This document shows positions 1-4,002 of a DNA stretch of 8,247 nucleotides, piece after piece. The stretch covers positions 1 to 8,247 of the forward strand of contig JBHLPL010000086.1 of NCBI GenBank assembly GCA_048939465.1, written 5' to 3'. A program made the translations under genes and the position numbers. Source of the DNA: Promethearchaeota archaeon. GTDB lineage: Archaea > Asgardarchaeota > Odinarchaeia > Odinarchaeales > JBHLKK01. How positions within the stretch are numbered: position 1 is the stretch's first letter; the number at the start of each line of letters is the position of its first letter. The notes beneath the pieces were generated by a model that saw only the letters and a list, made by a program, of their open reading frames with translations, was not told the DNA's origin and did not search any database.

Positions 1-299
1 ATGTTTACGACCACACAATCCAAATTATTGATGTAATAGAGACATACCGGGACATGCTTTCTGGAATGCTTGACATATATCTTTCAAGTGTGAGCAACAG
101 AATGAATGAAGTCATGAAAGTATTAACGATTATTGCCACAATATTCATCCCTCTTACGTTCATAGTAGGCCTCTACGGTATGAATTTCATATATATGCCA
201 GAACTCGAATGGTTTTGGGGCTATCCTATGGTTTTGCTTACGATGCTTATCGTTGGTATTCTGATGTTGATTTATTTCCGGATCAAGAAGTGGTTGTAG
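1..299 (+). CDS. corA: Magnesium/cobalt transporter CorA, C-terminal part (5'-truncated by window edge)
   Basis: The frame is open from nt 3 (VYDHTIQIIDVIETYRDMLSGMLDIYLSSVSNRMNEVMKVLTIIATIFIPLTFIVGLYGMNF..MPEL..WGYP...). It has the CorA signature GMN and MPEL motifs, two C-terminal TM helices and a basic KKW tail. The ATG at 54 in the ORF track is internal. Confidence 0.97.
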   Translation, partial: VYDHTIQIIDVIETYRDMLSGMLDIYLSSVSNRMNEVMKVLTIIATIFIPLTFIVGLYGMNFIYMPELEWFWGYPMVLLTMLIVGILMLIYFRIKKWL

Positions 300-469
300 G
301 AAAAATTCATCATAGTGTTCTTCACCGCGAAATTATGTTTTCTCAAGGAAGGTCAAAAATAGATGATATAGTACCAAAACCTTGCAAGCTGATAGCTAAA
401 TAGATGGATCTCAGTATCTGCCCCTCGATCAGTCAGTCCTTGGTCGGTCCGTCATCTGCCAGAAGCCCC

Positions 470-571
470 CTACGATCGGGAACCTAAGTAATCCTTTCTT
501 TTGTCAGTCTCCTCAATCACGGACTTAGATCTGATCTTGTGTTTCGCTCGATTGAGTGTTTGAGAATTCAA
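470..571 (-). CDS. Possible 33-aa micro-ORF (MNSQTLNRAKHKIRSKSVIEETDKRKDYLGSRS), TTG start
   Basis: Translated by hand; it is below the ORF-track cutoff. It lies divergent from the 641 ORF across a symmetric TTATAA, and its stop is followed by the same GGGGCTTC seen after the 931..1134 gene. No recognisable homology. Confidence 0.25.
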   Translation of the reverse strand: MNSQTLNRAKHKIRSKSVIEETDKRKDYLGSRS

Positions 572-609
572 CTGCGTCCAGAATTTTCTGGTGGAACGTT
601 TCGAGGTAA

Positions 610-615
610 TTATAA
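610..615. promoter_or_regulatory. Candidate archaeal TATA box (TTATAA), potentially bidirectional
   Basis: The palindromic TTATAA ends 25 nt before ATG 641, typical spacing for a leaderless archaeal transcript, and lies 38 nt from TTG 571 on the other strand. Confidence 0.4.
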
Positions 616-640
616 GAGTTCATCAGAAAGATATAAGATT

Positions 641-817
641 ATGAGGCAGAAGAATCACGATATTCACTATCTTGATCAGGACCTAAGAAGGCGATTTGAT
701 GAGGCCGAGAATGCTCTGGAAAAGAGGAGAAGAAGGTACGAGGAATTGAAACGAAAGTTGGAAGAGTCCCCTGGTGAGTATGAGAGCTTTGGTATACAGG
801 AGATGTTACGTGATTAG
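641..817 (+). CDS. Small charged coiled-coil hypothetical protein, 58 aa (MRQKNHDIHYLDQDLRRRFDEAENALEKRRRRYEELKRKLEESPGEYESFGIQEMLRD)
   Basis: This is the C-terminal part of the tracked ORF 539..817. ATG 641 is preferred because the TATA-like box sits directly upstream and the protein-like helical composition (E/K/R/L) starts here. Confidence 0.6.
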   Translation: MRQKNHDIHYLDQDLRRRFDEAENALEKRRRRYEELKRKLEESPGEYESFGIQEMLRD

Positions 818-826
818 CAAATTCTG

Positions 827-849
827 TTTTTGAGGAATGGTCCCCAAAA
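827..849 (+). terminator. T-tract plus small hairpin downstream of ORF 641..817
   Basis: TTTTGAGGA-ATGG-TCCCCAAAA forms a 9-bp stem with 1 mismatch, about 10 nt after the TAG, and starts within a T5 run. Confidence 0.3.
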
Positions 850-855
850 GCGTAG

Positions 856-901
856 ATTTTTGTATTAAAGGGATTCTCCACCCGGTTTACTAGCTTTTTT
901 T
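856..901 (-). repeat. Dyad element copy A (degenerate, reverse orientation)
   Basis: The minus strand reads AAAAAAA-GCTAGTAAA-N16-TTTAATACA-AAAAT, matching the architecture of copies B-D. Confidence 0.55.
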
Positions 902-930
902 GGGGCTATCCGACTATCCACGAAGCCCCT

Positions 931-1134
931 CTACCTCTCCAGGCTGAAGAGTTTATGAAACACAGAAAAGGAGATCAATGCTGTAACGACAAAAGATACG
1001 ACGTAGACCCTGATCGCCAATCCAGGTACACCCAGTAGAACCAATATTACGAACGGTACAGCCCCGATGGCCGCTGCGTTGACCAGGGAAACAATTAAGA
1101 AGAGCGCTATTTCGAGAATCTGGGTGAGGTTCAT
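931..1134 (-). CDS. Small membrane protein, 67 aa, two predicted TM helices
   Basis: ATG start with GGGGT 6 nt upstream. Two long hydrophobic stretches (ILEIALFLIVSLVNAAAIGAVPFVILVLLGV; VYVVSFVVTALISFSVF) are separated by a PG-containing turn. Confidence 0.65.
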   Translation of the reverse strand: MNLTQILEIALFLIVSLVNAAAIGAVPFVILVLLGVPGLAIRVYVVSFVVTALISFSVFHKLFSLER

Positions 1135-1178
1135 CAGCCGACCCCGTAACGGTTTTTTTTAATCTTGAATCAAATATC

Positions 1179-1514
1179 TTAGGATCCCCGTGGAGAGAAA
1201 GAACCACGGGAAGAATTCGCCGGTAAAGACGCGCATCCTTGGCTTGCTAACTTTTCTCCAGCATGCTGGACAGGGGACGCTCCTGTCGGAACACCGCTTG
1301 CCCCTGGCTCTGTCAGTAAACGAGCTTTCCTTGTCTCCACTAGCTCTTTCCACCTTTCTTGGACCCGGTTCTCCTTTGCAGTCGAGTTGAGAGACCGAGA
1401 AGACAGTCCGACGGCTGACTTCAAGCTCTTGAGGGAGATAACGCCGTAAGGGTCTACAAGTGAAAAAGGATCTCTGCGGAGGACTGGGGCTTCTTTCTCA
1501 TTGGAAATATCCAC
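1179..1514 (-). CDS. Hypothetical protein, 111 aa (GTG start); C-terminal half doubtful
   Basis: Longest ORF in this interval and co-oriented with 931..1134. The first ~68 aa look protein-like (..ENRVQERWKELVETRKARLLTE), whereas the tail is Ser/Gly/Pro-rich low complexity. No family recognised. Confidence 0.4.
   Translation of the reverse strand: MDISNEKEAPVLRRDPFSLVDPYGVISLKSLKSAVGLSSRSLNSTAKENRVQERWKELVETRKARLLTEPGASGVPTGASPVQHAGEKLASQGCASLPANSSRGSFSPRGS
1250..1270. repeat. Palindrome TCCAGCATGCTGGA with ACTTTT(C) flank, copy 1
   Basis: Perfect 14-bp palindrome at 1257-1270. ACTTTTCTCCAGCATGCTGG matches 1861-1879 apart from one extra base. Confidence 0.75.
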
Positions 1515-1635
1515 CCATCAGCTACATAAGCGTTTGTACTGGATGAGTATTCTGAAAGTACTGTCTCCGTACGAAAGACTTAATAATGCATCGTTCGTAG
1601 GGTAACTCTTCGTTTCCTGCGAACGAAAAGGGGGT

Positions 1636-1661
1636 TCACAAAGTCACAAAGGAGATCACAA
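1636..1661 (+). promoter_or_regulatory. Tandem TCACAA(AG) direct repeats and GGAGA ribosome-binding site upstream of the RHH gene
   Basis: TCACAAAG at 1636-1643 and 1644-1651, TCACAA at 1656-1661 and GGAGA at 1651-1655. The repeats are seen directly; the operator role is inferred. Confidence 0.45.
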
Positions 1662-1861
1662 TGCCGAAGAAATACACAACAATCGCGCTGCCATCCAAGA
1701 TGGTCGAATATATCGATGAGCTCGTTAAAGACCCGAAGGTCACCACCTATTTCGGTTACTCATCAAGAGCCGAACTGATCCGCACAGCCGTAGCGAAGCA
1801 TCTCAGGGAGATAGAGGAAAAGACCGAATCTAGTAAAGACAAGGATTTCCGAATTTACTGA
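1661..1861 (+). CDS. Ribbon-helix-helix (CopG/Arc/MetJ, NikR-N-terminal-like) DNA-binding protein, 66 aa
   Basis: N-terminal alternating beta-strand (YTTIALP), helix A (SKMVEYIDELVK), then the G-Y-S-S-R-A-E-L-I-R-x-A-V pattern typical of archaeal RHH proteins. Good SD sequence. No C-terminal metal-binding domain. Confidence 0.88.
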   Translation: MPKKYTTIALPSKMVEYIDELVKDPKVTTYFGYSSRAELIRTAVAKHLREIEEKTESSKDKDFRIY

Positions 1862-1889
1862 CTTTTTCCAGCATGCTGGTGAAAAAAGT
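1861..1889 (+). terminator. Hairpin immediately after RHH stop, containing palindrome CCAGCATGCTGG (copy 2)
   Basis: ACTTTTT-CCAGCATGCTGG-TG-AAAAAAGT: an extended inverted repeat with a T5 run directly after TGA. Its right end overlaps dyad element copy B. Confidence 0.5.
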
Positions 1890-1926
1890 TGGTGAATCAG
1901 GTACTCAAGCGATTTACTAACAAAAT
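1882..1926 (+). repeat. Dyad element copy B
   Basis: AAAAAA-GTTGGTGAA(1888-1896)-N16-TTTACTAAC(1913-1921)-AAAAT. Confidence 0.75.
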
Positions 1927-2034
1927 GCAACATGCAGCACACCCCTTGCAGGACCTAGGCCTGCAATCCCCAAGACCCCACCCAAGATTCAGAGTCTGGC
2001 TCAGAGCTCTATAGGAAATAGGGAGACAGATTAT

Positions 2035-2078
2035 AAAAAAGTTCGTAAAAACACGGAGAGCTCATTTACTAACAAAAT
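2035..2078 (+). repeat. Dyad element copy C
   Basis: AAAAAA-GTTCGTAAA(2041-2049)-N15-TTTACTAAC(2065-2073)-AAAAT. Confidence 0.85.
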
Positions 2079-2384
2079 CAAAGGGACAGTGATGTTCCTG
2101 CAGGCGTATCCCTTACCCTAAGAAGCGTTGAATCTGATTTTTTCATATTGAAGTTAGAAATCGGGACAGACTAGATAATCTAGCGTAGGGATTATTTTGG
2201 GGAAACTGTTGGACTTCTGCCCTATTCTTAAATAATCTCTTGAAAAATCAATTAGATTTTAAAAGCAGGTAATTCGCTTGTCATTACCCTCGAGTTTGAC
2301 TTCATTCAACCTGCTTTCAGAGCTGATAAGGCTAATATGAATTGCAGGTGTTAGCAGACTTCAGGATAATACGGGGGATAACAC

Positions 2385-2459
2385 ATGTTCAAACAAGAGG
2401 AAGAGGAAGAAGAGGAAGACTGGGAAGAAGAGGAAGAGGAAGAAGAGGAAGACTGGTGA
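2385..2459 (+). CDS. Highly acidic micro-protein, 24 aa: MFKQEEEEEEEDWEEEEEEEEEDW
   Basis: Translated by hand. ATG start with GGGGG at 2373-2377, 7 nt upstream. GAA and GAG codons alternate in one frame only, and an internal 33-bp duplication preserves the frame and ends in TGG-TGA. Confidence 0.7.
   Translation: MFKQEEEEEEEDWEEEEEEEEEDW
2391..2456 (+). repeat. 33-bp tandem duplication within the acidic micro-ORF
   Basis: GAGGAAGAGGAAGAAGAGGAAGACTGG is identical at 2397-2423 and 2430-2456. Confidence 0.9.
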
Positions 2460-2505
2460 TCTTCAGGAAGCTTACCAGAAATAAGTAGAAATAGGGGGTA
2501 AAAAG

Positions 2506-2556
2506 GTGAAGAAGGAAAAGAAGGAGAAAAAGAAAAAAGAAAAGGAAAAGCGATAA
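2506..2556 (+). CDS. Highly basic micro-protein, 16 aa: MKKEKKEKKKKEKEKR (GTG start)
   Basis: Translated by hand. GGGGG at 2494-2498 is again 7 nt before the start. The frame reads only Lys/Glu/Arg with mixed AAA/AAG and GAA/GAG codons, and there is an in-frame stop upstream at 2482. Confidence 0.55.
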   Translation: MKKEKKEKKKKEKEKR

Positions 2557-2585
2557 CTAACTAATCAGATAGTAGTTCCCTCTAT

Positions 2586-2607
2586 CTTTCTCTTTTTTGC
2601 TTTTTTG
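2586..2607 (+). terminator. Oligo-T terminator-like tract after the micro-ORF pair
   Basis: CTTTCTCTTTTTTGCTTTTTT contains two T6 runs about 30-50 nt after TAA 2556, consistent with archaeal U-tract termination. Confidence 0.55.
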
Positions 2608-2682
2608 AGGAGCCGTTTACGGAACCTCTAGAAAAGATTACACTCACAATAATACTTCAGCGATTATTTATCTACTAAGAAG

Positions 2683-2723
2683 AAGTTAGTAAAGACGTGC
2701 AGAGTTCATTTACTAACAAAAAT
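2683..2723 (+). repeat. Dyad element copy D (perfect arms)
   Basis: AA-GTTAGTAAA(2685-2693)-N15-TTTACTAAC(2709-2717)-AAAAAT. The arms are exact reverse complements, and 33/39 nt are identical to copy C, including much of the spacer. Confidence 0.85.
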
Positions 2724-2741
2724 GCATTCTTATGTCTCAAT

Positions 2742-2975
2742 TCAAACCTTCTGGTGGAAATCGTCGTTCCTGCATTCAAAGGTATACATTACAAACCCAT
2801 CAAAGGCAAAGAAGTGCATCCTTCTTACATGGTAAATTATCTTTGGATCTGCCATATCCACAAGTTCTAAGAACTGTCTTCTTTTGAATTTTACGCGATA
2901 CGAGCTTGTGTGCATTGCTGCCGCCATTGTCGCCGCCATTGTTGCCGCAACAGCTGCATTTGTTCCTCCAACCAT
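2742..2975 (-). CDS. Hypothetical protein, 77 aa, Ala-rich N-terminus
   Basis: ATG with AGGAG 10 nt upstream (2986-2990). An N-terminal (M/V)AA(T/A) repeat is followed by a compact alpha/beta-like domain (YRVKFKRRQFLELVDMADPKIIYHVRRMHFFAFDGFVMYTF). This resembles uncharacterised small prokaryotic proteins with Ala-rich N-termini (recollection, not searched). Confidence 0.7.
   Translation of the reverse strand: MVGGTNAAVAATMAATMAAAMHTSSYRVKFKRRQFLELVDMADPKIIYHVRRMHFFAFDGFVMYTFECRNDDFHQKV
2913..2948 (-). repeat. 3 x 12-bp in-frame tandem repeat
   Basis: Plus strand CATTGCTGCCGC / CATTGTCGCCGC / CATTGTTGCCGC, encoding AATM-AATM-AAAM. Confidence 0.85.
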
Positions 2976-3056
2976 TTCCCATCAACTCCTAGCAAACGAG
3001 AATAGGATATTCACATTATGGATCGTCTGCTTTTGGCAAGAACTGCAAAATTAGAG

Positions 3057-3155
3057 CTTATAAGGTTGTCTGGGTCCGGTGAAGCCTTCAGAATCCATCA
3101 GCAGACCTTAAATAGGCACGTAAAAAATCACTAGTAGCATTAACTACAATTTAAT
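3057..3155. promoter_or_regulatory. Divergent promoter region with TATA-like boxes
   Basis: CTTATAAG (3057-3064), CTTAAATA (3107-3114) and TTTAAT (3150-3155) lie between divergent starts at 2975 and 3224. The actual boxes used cannot be assigned. Confidence 0.3.
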
Positions 3156-3223
3156 CAGTAAGTTGATGCGCTTTTCTCTTCGGAGTCTCTTCAAAATTAA
3201 GGTGATGGAAGACTGAGCGGAAG

Positions 3224-3970
3224 ATGAAGGATCGTGATGCGCTCCGCCCTCAGATTCGGGTTAGTACAGGTATCGATAATGTAGACAGAATGCTTCGAGG
3301 GGGCTTTGAGTCAGGACTGTTCAACCTGATTTACGGGGGAGCAAATGCGTACATAACCTCATTGTTACTCTCAGTCTCTGTACTTTCTCAGCTTCCAAGA
3401 TCCAATAAAGGTGCAGGAAGCAAAGTCGTTTTTGTTGATGCGCAGAATAGTTTTAACCCCTATGCCGTAAGTTGTATGGCGGCCAGTGCGGGTTTAGATC
3501 CAGAAGAAGTGCTAAAAGGAATATTTGTGTCACGAGCTTTTACAAGCGGACAGGTAGAAGAACTCATCCTTAGGAAGACCGAAGAGGAGATAGACAGGGT
3601 TGGTGCGCAGGTTCTGATAGTTTCAGGACTTACCACCTTGCATCTTATGGATGGTCTTGTAAAACCGAGTCAGGAGACACTTACTAAGCTTGTAGAGATT
3701 TATGGTCAACTTCGTCGTCTTGGCTTCCAGAAGAATCTCGTTGTAATAGCTTCCTCAAGGCTAGCTGAAAATTCTGAGTATAGACCAGCCGGAGGTAGAG
3801 CTTTAGCCCATTATGCTCAAATTCTTTTGCTAGTAAGAAACGGGTTCAAGTTTGTAGAATACGTTTTGATGAAACATCCATCTATTCCTGAACGTAGAAC
3901 GCTAATCTGGAAAGGGCGGCGGAAAAGATACACTCCGACCCTAGATGCGTATTTTCTAAACATGTCATAG
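3224..3970 (+). CDS. RadA/Rad51-fold (RecA family) protein with degenerate ATPase motifs, PolB2-associated
   Basis: RadA-like segments: STGIDNVDRMLRGG, VVFVDAQNSF, IFVSRAF, LIVSGL and PAGGRALAHYA. Walker A reads GGANAYIT (no GKT/S). There is no N-terminal HhH domain. First gene of the polB2 operon. Confidence 0.88.
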   Translation: MKDRDALRPQIRVSTGIDNVDRMLRGGFESGLFNLIYGGANAYITSLLLSVSVLSQLPRSNKGAGSKVVFVDAQNSFNPYAVSCMAASAGLDPEEVLKGIFVSRAFTSGQVEELILRKTEEEIDRVGAQVLIVSGLTTLHLMDGLVKPSQETLTKLVEIYGQLRRLGFQKNLVVIASSRLAENSEYRPAGGRALAHYAQILLLVRNGFKFVEYVLMKHPSIPERRTLIWKGRRKRYTPTLDAYFLNMS

Positions 3971-4002
3971 AATTTGAGCGGGAAAACAGGAGATGTGGGA
4001 CC

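Noticed and set aside
209-403. Tracked 64-aa ORF
   Set aside because: It overlaps the corA 3' end in another frame and has no recognisable features, so it is a likely shadow ORF.
639-881. Tracked 80-aa minus-strand ORF
   Set aside because: It is fully antisense to the better supported 641..817 ORF, and its start lies inside dyad copy A.
953-1390. Tracked ORFs 953..1207 (-), 1159..1353 (-) and 1190..1390 (+)
   Set aside because: These are alternative-frame or antisense overlaps of 931..1134 and 1179..1514. The CPAC in 1159..1353 hinted at a Zn ribbon or a frameshift, but a properly spaced second Cys pair and start signals are lacking.
1915-1921. TACTAAC resembles the spliceosomal branch-point sequence
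   Set aside because: The gene content and organisation are prokaryotic, with no splice-site context. The heptamer is simply part of the dyad arm.
1946-1966. Hairpin TTGCAGG-ACCTAGG-CCTGCAA between dyad copies B and C
   Set aside because: It is a single 7-bp stem with no second copy, no T-tract and no associated gene, so no function can be assigned.
856-2723. Dyad element as an integron attC site
   Set aside because: attC runs RYYYAAC...GTTRRRY with inner L boxes, whereas here the order is GTT...AAC. No flanking R boxes are present, the 1915-2047 interval is not a long palindrome, the ORFs are not co-oriented, and no IntI is in the window.
1882-2723. Dyad element as a Xer/dif site, lox-type site or CRISPR repeat
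   Set aside because: dif sites are 11-6-11 and lox sites 13-8-13, while the spacer here is 15-16 bp. The copies are irregularly spaced (153 bp, 644 bp, ~1 kb), unlike a CRISPR array, and no cas genes are present.
2800-2985. 61-aa ORF with CSCC and NGGDNGG repeats
   Set aside because: It is an alternative frame of 2742..2975. The AGGAG is adjacent to its TTG (too close) but optimally spaced for ATG 2975, and the repeats come from the same 12-bp unit.
3205-3216. Tiny upstream ORF (MED*) before the RadA-like gene
   Set aside because: Three-codon ORFs are expected by chance, and there is no independent evidence for a regulatory role.
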